Shown: one piece after another, positions 1 to 8,481 of the stretch
Layout: every line of letters starts with the position of its first letter
Position numbering within the stretch: position 1 is the stretch's first letter
NCBI RefSeq assembly: GCF_000253055.1
Contig: NC_016070.1
Coordinates: 120,001 to 152,000 of the forward strand
Source: Thermoproteus tenax Kra 1
GTDB lineage: Archaea > Thermoproteota > Thermoprotei > Thermoproteales > Thermoproteaceae
DNA: 32,000 bases
Direction of reading: 5' to 3'
Program-made: the position numbers and the translations under genes
Notes under the pieces: generated by a model
Told to the model about the DNA's origin: nothing
Database searches by the model: none
What the model saw: the letters and a program-made list of their open reading frames with translations, nothing else

Positions 1-553
1 GAGTGAGTATCCCCACTGTGTCGGCAATGCTCACTCTGTCCGCGCCTGCGTCTCGCGCAGTTTTTACCACTTGTATAAGGTAGTCGAGGTCTGCCCTAGT
101 GGCGTCTTCGGCTGTGAACCTCACCTTCACGCCGGCGCCTCTCGCGAACTCCACGTGTTCGGCGATTATGGCCAAAGCCTCCTCTCTGGTCTTCCTGTGT
201 TTGTGCTTCAGATGTATATCGCTGACGCCGTAGAAGATGGCGACTCTGTCGGGCTCAAGCGACGTCGCGTTCTCTATATCTGATTTGACGGATCTGCTGT
301 GGACGACTATCTCGCTCTTGATTTCGCCGTCTCGCTTCAGAGCTATTATCTTCGAGATAGCCGATCTGACGTCGGGCGCCACGTTTGGGTCGCCCACCTC
401 TATTAAGTGGACGCCTACATCCGACAGAGACTTCGCTATCTTGATCCTCCATTCCTCAGAGAATATAACGCCCGGAGTCTGCTCGCCCTCTCTCAGCGTC
501 GAGTCGAGAATTTTTATGCTTTCCCCGAACTCATGGCGGCTGAACCGACCCAC
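1..553 (-). CDS. 2-isopropylmalate synthase / homocitrate synthase family protein, N-terminal part (continues beyond left edge)
   Basis: Reverse-strand translation reads ...ESIKILDSTLREGEQTPGVIFSEEWRIKIAKSLSDVGVHLIEVGDPNVAPDVRS...FTAEDATRADLDYLIQ...ADRVSIADTVGILT, a HMGL-like synthase signature. The only upstream in-frame start (GTG, 553) abuts the TATA box, so the true start is uncertain (see findings). Confidence 0.85.
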   Translation of the reverse strand, partial: MGRFSRHEFGESIKILDSTLREGEQTPGVIFSEEWRIKIAKSLSDVGVHLIEVGDPNVAPDVRSAISKIIALKRDGEIKSEIVVHSRSVKSDIENATSLEPDRVAIFYGVSDIHLKHKHRKTREEALAIIAEHVEFARGAGVKVRFTAEDATRADLDYLIQVVKTARDAGADRVSIADTVGILT

Positions 554-561
554 TATATAAA
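554..561 (-). promoter_or_regulatory. TATA box TTTATATA of left-edge leuA-like gene
   Basis: TATATAAA on + strand; centre 23.5 nt from ATG at 534..532 on the minus strand. Confidence 0.6.
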
Positions 562-596
562 CCTAACTCGCGGAGGAGAGTCTATATAGAAAATAG

Positions 597-1085
597 CTAC
601 TTCGAGCCCCTTATCTTCAGATATTCAGTCAAGCCGCCGGCCTTGAGGATCTCGAGCGCAAGCCCCGACAGCGGCTTGCCCTTTATCACCTCGCCGGTGG
701 ACAAGTTCACCACCTCGCCTGTCTCAACACGGACGACGACCTCATCGCCGTCTCTGACCCTCCCCCTCGCCGGGGCCTGCAACACTGGCAGTCCCACGTT
801 GATGGCGTTCCGGAAGAAGATTCTGGCGAACGACTCGGCCACTACGGCCAATACACCGGCCCCCTTCAGTGCCGTGGCCGCTTGCTCGCGGCTGCTCCCC
901 ATCCCGAAGGCTCTGCCGGCCACTATCACGGCCCCCTTAGCCTTCTTCGGGAACTCGGGATCTAGAGGCTCCATGGCGTGTTGGCCCAGGACGGCCGGGT
1001 CAGTATATACTAGATATCTGGCAGGTATAATTACGTCGGTATCTATCTTGTCGCCGTAGACCAAGGCCCTCCCCCTTATTTCCAT
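597..1085 (-). CDS. leuD: 3-isopropylmalate dehydratase small subunit
   Basis: 162 aa, [25 protein letters not shown]...[14 protein letters not shown]..., typical LeuD motifs. TATA-like TTTTAAAA at 1106-1113. Confidence 0.93.
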   Translation of the reverse strand: MEIRGRALVYGDKIDTDVIIPARYLVYTDPAVLGQHAMEPLDPEFPKKAKGAVIVAGRAFGMGSSREQAATALKGAGVLAVVAESFARIFFRNAINVGLPVLQAPARGRVRDGDEVVVRVETGEVVNLSTGEVIKGKPLSGLALEILKAGGLTEYLKIRGSK

Positions 1086-1105
1086 AGCCGCTGAGCCTAT
1101 ATAGC

Positions 1106-1113
1106 TTTTAAAA
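1106..1113 (-). promoter_or_regulatory. TATA-like box of leuD
   Basis: AT-rich core centred 24.5 nt from the leuD ATG (leaderless spacing). Confidence 0.5.
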
Positions 1114-1157
1114 GTTCCGTCCTTCAGGGAGAAGGCCTATATATAGAGAGGCAAATC

Positions 1158-1165
1158 TTTAAATA
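1158..1165 (+). promoter_or_regulatory. TATA box TTTAAATA upstream of ilvB
   Basis: Centre 23.5 nt from ATG at 1185 but about 70 nt from the annotatable ilvB GTG at 1232. Confidence 0.6.
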
Positions 1166-1231
1166 TAGGTTAAATAGTGCCCCTATGGATTCGGGGGTTA
1201 CATCGGGGCTCGAGGGGATCGCCCCAATAGG

Positions 1232-2959
1232 GTGGTCGACAGAGTAATCGACACACTAAGGGAGCTGAAAGTAAGACATATCCTGGGGATCACAGGCGGT
1301 TCAATAATGGCGTTGTTCGACGCAGCGTATTTCGTAGACGACATAGACGTAATAATGTTCAGACACGAGCAGGGCGCTGCACATGCAGCCGAGGGCTACG
1401 CCAGAGTTGCCAAGAGGCCCGCCGTGGTTGCTGCAACCAGCGGCCCCGGCGCCACCAACTTGGTGACTGGGCTGACGGACGCCTACATGGACTCAGTCCC
1501 CGTAGTGGCCATAACTGGGCAAGTGGCCACGTGGGTCTTCGGAAGAGACGGATTCCAAGAGACGGACATACTGGGCGTGGCCACGCCTATAACTAAATGG
1601 GTCTATCAAGTGAGGAGGCCGGAGGAGGCATCGCCAGCAGTCAGGATCGCCTACGAGATATCGGCATTGGGGAGACCGGGCCCGACTTTAGTGGATCTGC
1701 CCAGAGATATACAGATACAGACTCCGCGAGGGGAGGCCGCTATTCCGATAAATGTGACCAAGTTTATACCTCCAAGGCCTCGCCACGAGGATATAGCGAG
1801 GGCGGCGAAGATAATAATTGAGGCCCAGAGACCCGTAGTCCTCGCGGGCGGCGGAGTCCTCTGGTCGGGCGCCACGAGAGAGGTGATAGAGCTCGCCGAG
1901 AGGATAGGAGCGCCTATAGTTTCAACTCTTCCTGGGAAGGCCGCAATACCTCACAACCACCCGTTGTATCTAGGGCCCGCCGGAATGCACGGAAGGGCCG
2001 AGGCCGACGCCGCCTTGGCCAACGCAGACGTAGTTATAGCGGTCGGCACAAGGTTCAGCGATAGGACTTGGGGCCGCTTCAGGGAGCTTCAGGAGGCGGT
2101 GAGGTCGGGCGACATGAAGGTAATCCATATAGATATAGATAGAAGCGAGATAGGGAAAAATGTAAAACCAACTGTGGGCATAGTCGCAGACGCAAGGGAG
2201 GCGTTGAGGGAGTTGATAGACATTCTGCCCGTGGCCGCCACGAGGGATCCCAAGTATATGGCCTGGCTCTACCACATCAGAAGGAGGTATGAGGACTCCA
2301 TGGAGAAGCTGGCCTCCGAGTTCAAGTACTTCGCTCCCTGGAAGGTGTTGAAGACTGTGAGAAGGGCAGCTCCGCCCAACGCGGTGACTGTGACCGGCGT
2401 GGGAGGACACCAGATGTGGGCCGAGATATGGTGGGAGGTCTACGAGCCGGGCACCTATATCACATCGGCGGGCTTGGGCACTATGGGCTTCGGCATACCT
2501 GCGTCCCTCGGCGCAAAGCTTGCTGACCCCAGCAGGCCCGTGATATGTATAGACGGCGATGGCTCGTTCCAGATGACCTTCAACAATCTGGCTTTAGTAA
2601 GGGAGTACAACTTGCCCTTCGTTGAGATCATATTCAACAATGCCGCGCTGCAGTTGGTGTTGCAGTGGCAGGTGTACATGTACGGCAACAGACAGGTGGC
2701 GACGCGGTTCGCGAGGAATCCAGACTTTATAAAGATAGGCGAGGCCTACGGGATAGAGGGAGTCCGCCCCTCAAGCTACGAGGAGCTCGAGAAGGCGGTG
2801 TCCTGGGCTGTGAGGAACAACGAGCCGATGATAATCGATGTAACGATAGACGGAGACAAGGATATAGTCTTGCCGTGGGTGAAGCCGGGCGACTGGCTGA
2901 CCCAAGCGATACTGCCGAAGGGAATGGAGGATATATCGTTGTACTATGAGCGTGATTAA
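1232..2959 (+). CDS. ilvB: Acetolactate synthase large subunit (TPP enzyme)
   Basis: 575 aa; GITGGSIM, EQGAAHAAEGYARV, TPP-binding GDGSFQMTFNNL motifs. Start uncertain; frame is open upstream to 1178 without ATG/GTG/TTG. Confidence 0.93.
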   Translation: MVDRVIDTLRELKVRHILGITGGSIMALFDAAYFVDDIDVIMFRHEQGAAHAAEGYARVAKRPAVVAATSGPGATNLVTGLTDAYMDSVPVVAITGQVATWVFGRDGFQETDILGVATPITKWVYQVRRPEEASPAVRIAYEISALGRPGPTLVDLPRDIQIQTPRGEAAIPINVTKFIPPRPRHEDIARAAKIIIEAQRPVVLAGGGVLWSGATREVIELAERIGAPIVSTLPGKAAIPHNHPLYLGPAGMHGRAEADAALANADVVIAVGTRFSDRTWGRFRELQEAVRSGDMKVIHIDIDRSEIGKNVKPTVGIVADAREALRELIDILPVAATRDPKYMAWLYHIRRRYEDSMEKLASEFKYFAPWKVLKTVRRAAPPNAVTVTGVGGHQMWAEIWWEVYEPGTYITSAGLGTMGFGIPASLGAKLADPSRPVICIDGDGSFQMTFNNLALVREYNLPFVEIIFNNAALQLVLQWQVYMYGNRQVATRFARNPDFIKIGEAYGIEGVRPSSYEELEKAVSWAVRNNEPMIIDVTIDGDKDIVLPWVKPGDWLTQAILPKGMEDISLYYERD

Positions 2960-3215
2960 CCTAAGGATACCTCAGTCGATGGACTACGTGGGGCGCGTGG
3001 TCAGCATAGTGAGGAGGGCCAAGGTTACAGTGAGGACTATGGACGTAGAGATGAAGGACACGGCATACGAAGTGAACATACAGGTGGAGGGGCCGGCTGA
3101 CGAGATCAAATGGCTTGTGGCCAAGTTGGATAAACTGCCGGAGGTCCTGGAGATAAGAGAGATACCCATTCAAGCGGCCGCAGTGGCCGCTGCAGTGACC
3201 AAGGGCAATATTTAA
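2946..3215 (+). CDS. ilvN: Acetolactate synthase small subunit, ACT domain
   Basis: 89 aa, SMDYVGRVVSIVRRAKVTVRTMDVE, ACT-like, overlaps the end of ilvB. Confidence 0.8.
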   Translation: MSVINLRIPQSMDYVGRVVSIVRRAKVTVRTMDVEMKDTAYEVNIQVEGPADEIKWLVAKLDKLPEVLEIREIPIQAAAVAAAVTKGNI

Positions 3216-3217
3216 AA
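3211..3217 (+). promoter_or_regulatory. TATA box of ilvC (TTTAAAA)
   Basis: Centre 23 nt from the ilvC ATG at 3237. Confidence 0.45.
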
Positions 3218-3236
3218 CAATACCTTATTGAGGGGC

Positions 3237-4220
3237 ATGGCGAAGATATATACTGACAAGGACGCCTCTCTAGATCCCCTCAAGGGGAAGACTATAGCGG
3301 TTCTGGGCTACGGCATTCAAGGGAGGGCTCAGGCGCTCAATCTGAGAGACTCGGGGTTGAGAGTGATAGTAGGCGTGAGGAAGGGTAAGTCTTGGGATCT
3401 GGCCGAACAAGAGGGCTTCGACGTATTCGATGTGGGCGAGGCGGTCAAAAGGGCCGACGTAGTGATGGTGCTTCTGCCCGATATGGAGCAGCCCAAGGTA
3501 TGGAGGGAGCAGATAGAGCCCAACTTGAGGGGCGGCTCAGTGGTGGACTTTGCCCATGGCTTCAACATCCACTTCGGCTTGATCAAGCCGCCTCCCAACG
3601 TTGACGTTGTGATGGTGGCCCCTAAGGGGCCCGGAAGGTTAGTCAGAGACGAGTTCCTTGCCGGTAGAGGCGTGCCCGCGCTAGTCGCAGTACATCAGAA
3701 CTACTCGGGGAGAGCTATGGAGTACGCCCTCGCCATAGCCAAGGGGATTGGGGCGACTAGGGCCGGCGTAATAGAGACGACGTTTAGGGAGGAGACCGAG
3801 ACGGACTTGATAGGGGAACAGAACGTTCTTGTCGGAGGTCTTCTGGAGCTCTTGAGGAAGGGCTTTGAGGTTATGGTCGAGCTGGGCTATCAGCCCGAGG
3901 TCGCCTACTTTGAGGCCATCAACGAGGCCAAACTCATTATGGATCTGATATGGCAGAGGGGCTTCTACGGCATGTTGACTGGTGTCAGCGAGACGGCAAG
4001 ATACGGCGGCTTGACCGTGGGCCCGAAGGTCATAGACGACTCAGTCAAACAGAGGATGAAGGAGGCGGCCGCGAGGGTTAGAGACGGCTCCTTCGCCAAA
4101 GAGTGGGTCGAGGAATACTCCAGAGGGGCGCCGAACCTCAAAAGGATGTTGGAGGAGGTAAAGGGGCATCCCGCCGAGAAGGTCGGAGAACAGATAAGGA
4201 GATTGATGTTCGGCTCATGA
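3237..4220 (+). CDS. ilvC: Ketol-acid reductoisomerase
   Basis: [40 protein letters not shown]...[37 protein letters not shown] 3237 preferred over the ORF-track TTG 3228. Confidence 0.95.
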   Translation: MAKIYTDKDASLDPLKGKTIAVLGYGIQGRAQALNLRDSGLRVIVGVRKGKSWDLAEQEGFDVFDVGEAVKRADVVMVLLPDMEQPKVWREQIEPNLRGGSVVDFAHGFNIHFGLIKPPPNVDVVMVAPKGPGRLVRDEFLAGRGVPALVAVHQNYSGRAMEYALAIAKGIGATRAGVIETTFREETETDLIGEQNVLVGGLLELLRKGFEVMVELGYQPEVAYFEAINEAKLIMDLIWQRGFYGMLTGVSETARYGGLTVGPKVIDDSVKQRMKEAAARVRDGSFAKEWVEEYSRGAPNLKRMLEEVKGHPAEKVGEQIRRLMFGS

Positions 4221-5104
4221 GGATCTGGGTCGACGGCAGAATAGTGGAAGATAGAGAGGCCACAGTCTCGGTCCTCTCGCCGACGTTGAACTACGGCTTC
4301 GGCGTCTTCGAGGGAATAAGGGCCTATTGGAACGGCAAGAACCTCTACGTCTTCAGGCTGGCCGAGCACATGGAGCGCCTCCTCAGATCCGCGAGGATAA
4401 TAGGTATGGACATCCCCTACACGGCCGAGGAGCTCGTTAAAGCCACGGTGGAGACGATTAGGGCCAACGGGTATAGGGAGGACTTATACATCAGGCCTGT
4501 GGCGTTTATAGCGAAGCCGCAGATAGGTCTCGACGTCAGAGGGGTACAAGCCTCGGTGGCTATAGCGGCCTTGCCCTTCGGAAAGTATCTGAAGGCCGAG
4601 GGCGTCAGAGCCGCTGTGGTCAGCTGGAGGAGGGTTCACACATCGATGATGCCCGTTATGGCGAAGGCCACGGGGATCTACCTCAACTCAATTATGGCCG
4701 TATTAGAGGCAAAGTCGAGGGGATACGACGAGGCGATCCTTTTGAACGCAGAGGGGAAGGTGGTGGAGGGCTCGGGCGAGAATATATTCGTAGTGAGGCG
4801 AGGGATTTTGATGACGCCCCCCGTGGAGGACGGAATACTGGAGGGGATAACTAGGGAGACCGTGATAACTCTGGCGGGAGAGCTGGGGATACACGTGTTG
4901 GAGAAGAGCATATCTAGGGAGGAGCTCTACACAGCCGACGAGGCCTTCTTCGTGGGCACCGCCGCCGAGGTTACGCCGATAGTCGAAATAGACGGACGGC
5001 CGCTTCCAAGGGGGCCGATAACGGAGAGGCTGGCCAGAAAATACAGGGAGGTCGTCTTAGGGCAAGACGAGAAGTACCTCGGTTGGCTGACGCCGGTGTA
5101 TTAG
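4217..5104 (+). CDS. ilvE: Branched-chain amino acid aminotransferase (PLP fold class IV)
   Basis: [39 protein letters not shown]...; ATGA overlap with the ilvC stop. Confidence 0.93.
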   Translation: MRIWVDGRIVEDREATVSVLSPTLNYGFGVFEGIRAYWNGKNLYVFRLAEHMERLLRSARIIGMDIPYTAEELVKATVETIRANGYREDLYIRPVAFIAKPQIGLDVRGVQASVAIAALPFGKYLKAEGVRAAVVSWRRVHTSMMPVMAKATGIYLNSIMAVLEAKSRGYDEAILLNAEGKVVEGSGENIFVVRRGILMTPPVEDGILEGITRETVITLAGELGIHVLEKSISREELYTADEAFFVGTAAEVTPIVEIDGRPLPRGPITERLARKYREVVLGQDEKYLGWLTPVY

Positions 5105-5121
5105 TCTATAGTCGCGAAAGC

Positions 5122-5129
5122 TTTATATA
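5122..5129 (+). promoter_or_regulatory. TATA box TTTATATA upstream of leuA
   Basis: Centre 23.5 nt from ATG at 5149, which is out of frame with leuA. Confidence 0.6.
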
Positions 5130-5138
5130 TAGCCTATT

Positions 5139-6296
5139 TTGTCCGTCTATGGAGTCGGGGCTCGTATTGTAAAGATCTTCGACACAACTCTTAGAGACGG
5201 CGAGCAGATGCCCGGCGTTTCTCTAACCGTTGAGGAGAAGGTTATAATAGGCATGGCCCTTGACGAGCTCAGGGCGGACTATATAGAGGCCGGCTTCGCG
5301 GCGGTCTCGCCCGAAGAGGCCGAGGCTGTGTCCAGAATAGCCCGGGACGCAGCCTATGCGACTGTGGTGAGTTTGGCGAGAGCAAATAAACGGGATATAG
5401 ACGCGGCTGTGGACGCTGGCGTCGACATGGTGCACGTGTTCATAGCCACGAGCGACATTCACATGAAGTATAAGCTGAGGATGACTAGAGAGGAGGTCTT
5501 GGCAAAGATCGCCGAGTCCGTTGAGTACGCCAAGTCGAGGGGCGTCAAAGTCCTTTTCAGCGCCGAGGACGCGACCAGAAGCGACCTCCAGTTCTTGGTC
5601 GAGGCCTTCAGGACGGCCGTCGAGGCAGGAGCCGACGAGATAAACGTGCCGGACACCGTGGGCGTCATGACGCCGAGCCGCATGAGATACCTAGTGGAGT
5701 ACCTCAGGGGCCGGCTGCCGCCTGTACCTATGCACGTCCACTGCCACGACGACTTCGGCATGGCCGTCGCCAACACAGTCGCCGCCTTGGAGGCCGGGGC
5801 CGACGTGGCTCAAGTGACTGTGAACGGCTTCGGAGAGAGGGGCGGGAACGCGGCGTTGGAGGAGGTAGTGGCCGCCGCCGCGTTCCTCTTGGGCATGAAG
5901 ACGGGGATAATCATGGAGAAGTTGTACAATACGTCGCGGCTAGTGGCGAAGCTGTTCGGGATACAGCTACAGCCCAACAAGGCCGTAGTGGGGGACAACG
6001 CCTTCAGCCACGAGTCGGGCATACACGTCCACGGCGTATTGAACAACCCGTTCACCTACGAGCCCATGACGCCTGAGTCCGTGGGCAATAGGAGGAGGAT
6101 AGTATTGGGCAAACACTCGGGCAGACACTCGGTTGAGTGGGCCTTGAAACAGATAGGCTACGAGCCCGAGCCCGGCTTAGTCGACTACGTCCTGAGGAGG
6201 ATCAAGGAGCTGTCTGTGAAGAAGGTCTCCGTGGATGAGGACCTATTGAGGAGCATCGCCCAAGACTATAGAAAAACAATTAATATAGTGGGCTGA
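5139..6296 (+). CDS. leuA: 2-isopropylmalate synthase (catalytic part, no obvious C-terminal regulatory domain)
   Basis: 385 aa; [47 protein letters not shown]. The TTG start at 5139 lies upstream of the expected TSS, so the true start is uncertain. Confidence 0.9.
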   Translation: MSVYGVGARIVKIFDTTLRDGEQMPGVSLTVEEKVIIGMALDELRADYIEAGFAAVSPEEAEAVSRIARDAAYATVVSLARANKRDIDAAVDAGVDMVHVFIATSDIHMKYKLRMTREEVLAKIAESVEYAKSRGVKVLFSAEDATRSDLQFLVEAFRTAVEAGADEINVPDTVGVMTPSRMRYLVEYLRGRLPPVPMHVHCHDDFGMAVANTVAALEAGADVAQVTVNGFGERGGNAALEEVVAAAAFLLGMKTGIIMEKLYNTSRLVAKLFGIQLQPNKAVVGDNAFSHESGIHVHGVLNNPFTYEPMTPESVGNRRRIVLGKHSGRHSVEWALKQIGYEPEPGLVDYVLRRIKELSVKKVSVDEDLLRSIAQDYRKTINIVG

Positions 6297-6304
6297 CGGC
6301 CTGC

Positions 6305-6994
6305 GTGAAGGTAATAGATCTTTCTAGGGAGCTGTACGAGGGAATGCCGGTATATCCCGGCGATCCCATCTTTAGACATACATATCTCTCCGTAGCGAGG
6401 AGCTACGGCGAGGTGACTCTCTCGCGCGTAGAGATGGGCGCGCACACAGGCACCCATGTGGATCTGCCCGCGCACTTCGTGCCCGGAGGCGCCTCAATAG
6501 AGGCGTTGGATGCGAGCAGATTCGTGGCGTATGGATCGGTGATAGATTTAAGCTACAAGAGACCTGGGGAGGCCATAACCGCTGAGGATCTGTGGAGGCG
6601 TTCAGAGCTGATAAAGAGGGGCGAGGCCGTTATGATATACACAGGCTTCTCGGCCAAGTATGGAACAGAGGAGTTCCTCTATAATTGGCCCTATCTGGAC
6701 CGAGGGGCCGCCGATTATCTGGCCGAGGCCCGCGTAGCTGCAGTCGGCGTGGAGGGCATGTCGGTGGCAGGCTATCCAGGCGTCCAGGGCTTCCCGTATC
6801 CTCCGCGCGTCTCCAAGGACGACGTCGCCTACGTCCATTACAAACTTTTGTCGAGCGGAGTAATAGTAATCGAGAATGTGACAAATTTAGATAAAGTACT
6901 TTCAGAGTGTGGAGGGAGAGCTCTATTTATCTTTGCGCCTATAAAAATAAGGGGAGGAGAAGGGGGGCCTGCGCGCGTGCTCGCCTTATGTTAG
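6305..6994 (+). CDS. Cyclase family protein (kynurenine formamidase-like metal-dependent hydrolase)
   Basis: 229 aa; [17 protein letters not shown] and [12 protein letters not shown] motifs; starts 8 nt after the leuA stop. Confidence 0.85.
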   Translation: MKVIDLSRELYEGMPVYPGDPIFRHTYLSVARSYGEVTLSRVEMGAHTGTHVDLPAHFVPGGASIEALDASRFVAYGSVIDLSYKRPGEAITAEDLWRRSELIKRGEAVMIYTGFSAKYGTEEFLYNWPYLDRGAADYLAEARVAAVGVEGMSVAGYPGVQGFPYPPRVSKDDVAYVHYKLLSSGVIVIENVTNLDKVLSECGGRALFIFAPIKIRGGEGGPARVLALC

Positions 6995-8232
6995 AGGTAC
7001 TTCCTTGGATCAACTATTCTGCCCTCCAGCGCCGCCGCGGCGGCTGTGTAGGCGTTGGCCAGATAGACTTTTGAGTCGTTGGCGCCCATTCTGCCCACGA
7101 AGTTTCTGTTGCTCGTGGACACGGCAGTCTCGCCCGGGCCCAGGACGCCGAAGTGTCCTCCTATGCACGGGCCACAAGTGCCGTAGGTTACCACGCAGCC
7201 GGCCTTGGTCAATACATCTATGTACCCCGCCTCTAAGGCCTGTCTGAAGACGGAGTAGGAGGCAGGGATGGCTATACATCTGGCCTTGGCCCTCCCCCTC
7301 TTGAGTATCCGAGCTGCCGCCTCGATATCGCTCAACCTCCCGTTGGTGCAACTCCCTATGAATACTTGGTCAACCTCGACGCCCTCGACCTCTCTTACGC
7401 TTTTGACGTTGTCGACGCTGTGTGGCGCAGCCACCAGCGGCTCGAGTCTGTCCAACTCCACCGTGTATTCATCTATATATTTCCCTCCTGGGACGAAGTC
7501 GACTCTGGGCGCGGCGCCCCTAGTCTTCTCCAGATAGGCGTAGGTCTCCGAGTCGGGCACAAACATCATGGCGTCTGCGCCGAGCTCCGTGGACATGTTG
7601 GCCACCGTTGCCCTATAGTCCATGGGGAACGCAGAAGGTCTCTCAACATATACATCAGCCGAGTATCCGTTCAAGCCCTCGGCCTTATAGACTGATAGCA
7701 GATGTAACACTACGTCCTTTCCAGTGACAGCGGCCGGGGGCTCCCCCCTTATCTCTATCTTGATGGGCTGGGGGACGACTAGCCACGTCCTCCCTATCTT
7801 GAGCATGGCGGCTATATCTGTGGCGCCCATGCCCTGGGCGAATGCGCCGACAGCTCCAGCGGTGTTCGTGTGCGAATCAGCGCCGAAGATGAAGTGGGCG
7901 GGCAGGGCGTATTTCTCGAGTATGATCTGGTGCATTATCCCCTCGCCCACGTCGTGGAAGTTCTTCAAGCCGATGGCCCTAACGTGGCGCCTAATGTAAA
8001 CTTGTATCTCGGCGGCTCTAACCGTGGGAGCAGGAGAGAGGTGGTCGAAAGCCACCACGAGCTTGTCTTTGTCGAACACCTCCACGCCGCCCATCTTCTC
8101 CATCATCTCTAGGACGTGGTACCCAGTCAGGTCGTGGAACCCCACTAGGTCTGGAACCAGCTCGACGACGTCGCCCGGGGACGGAGCTCTGCCGAGCTTT
8201 CTCGCAAATACATACTCCGTCCACGTAGACAT
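6991..8232 (-). CDS. leuC: 3-isopropylmalate dehydratase large subunit (aconitase family)
   Basis: [15 protein letters not shown]...[26 protein letters not shown]...[15 protein letters not shown]...[10 protein letters not shown]; ATG 8232 gives leaderless spacing. Confidence 0.93.
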   Translation of the reverse strand: MSTWTEYVFARKLGRAPSPGDVVELVPDLVGFHDLTGYHVLEMMEKMGGVEVFDKDKLVVAFDHLSPAPTVRAAEIQVYIRRHVRAIGLKNFHDVGEGIMHQIILEKYALPAHFIFGADSHTNTAGAVGAFAQGMGATDIAAMLKIGRTWLVVPQPIKIEIRGEPPAAVTGKDVVLHLLSVYKAEGLNGYSADVYVERPSAFPMDYRATVANMSTELGADAMMFVPDSETYAYLEKTRGAAPRVDFVPGGKYIDEYTVELDRLEPLVAAPHSVDNVKSVREVEGVEVDQVFIGSCTNGRLSDIEAAARILKRGRAKARCIAIPASYSVFRQALEAGYIDVLTKAGCVVTYGTCGPCIGGHFGVLGPGETAVSTSNRNFVGRMGANDSKVYLANAYTAAAAALEGRIVDPRKYL

Positions 8233-8250
8233 GGCCAAGCCCTATTTAGC

Positions 8251-8258
8251 ATATATAA
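8251..8258 (-). promoter_or_regulatory. TATA box of leuC
   Basis: ATATATAA on + strand, about 22.5 nt upstream of ATG 8232. Confidence 0.5.
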
Positions 8259-8392
8259 GTATTCAGCTGTAGCCGGGCTCCCGCGAGCCGCCGGCCCCTC
8301 CAAGGCCCCCTCCTGGGGTCCACGGAGAGGAGGCCCAGATTCCCCTAAGCCTCTTGAAGCCATGTTAATTACGCTTTACATATTATTTATAT

Positions 8393-8412
8393 ATTCTATA
8401 TATAAATAGAAT
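8393..8412. repeat. Inverted repeat ATTCTAT-atataa-ATAGAAT in leuC/CoA-transferase intergenic region
   Basis: Perfect 7-bp arms, 6-nt spacer, about 45 bp upstream of the TATA box of the 8482 gene. Confidence 0.55.
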
Positions 8413-8453
8413 TGTAGTTTTTTATCTCTCTTCGTTGAAAAAGGAGTATAATG

Positions 8454-8461
8454 CTTTAATA
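8454..8461 (+). promoter_or_regulatory. TATA box of the 8482 CoA-transferase gene
   Basis: CTTTAATA, about 24 nt upstream of ATG 8482. Confidence 0.5.
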
Positions 8462-8481
8462 CCATTTTTGTTTTCAATTTT

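Noticed and set aside
237-560. 107-aa plus-strand ORF
   Set aside because: It is the antisense shadow of the minus-strand leuA-like/homocitrate synthase gene, whose translation matches a known family.
5139-5148. TTG 5139 as simple leuA start
   Set aside because: Not fully excluded, but it lies only about 14 nt from the TATA centre whereas other genes here use about 23-26 nt, so it is unlikely to be on the transcript from this promoter.
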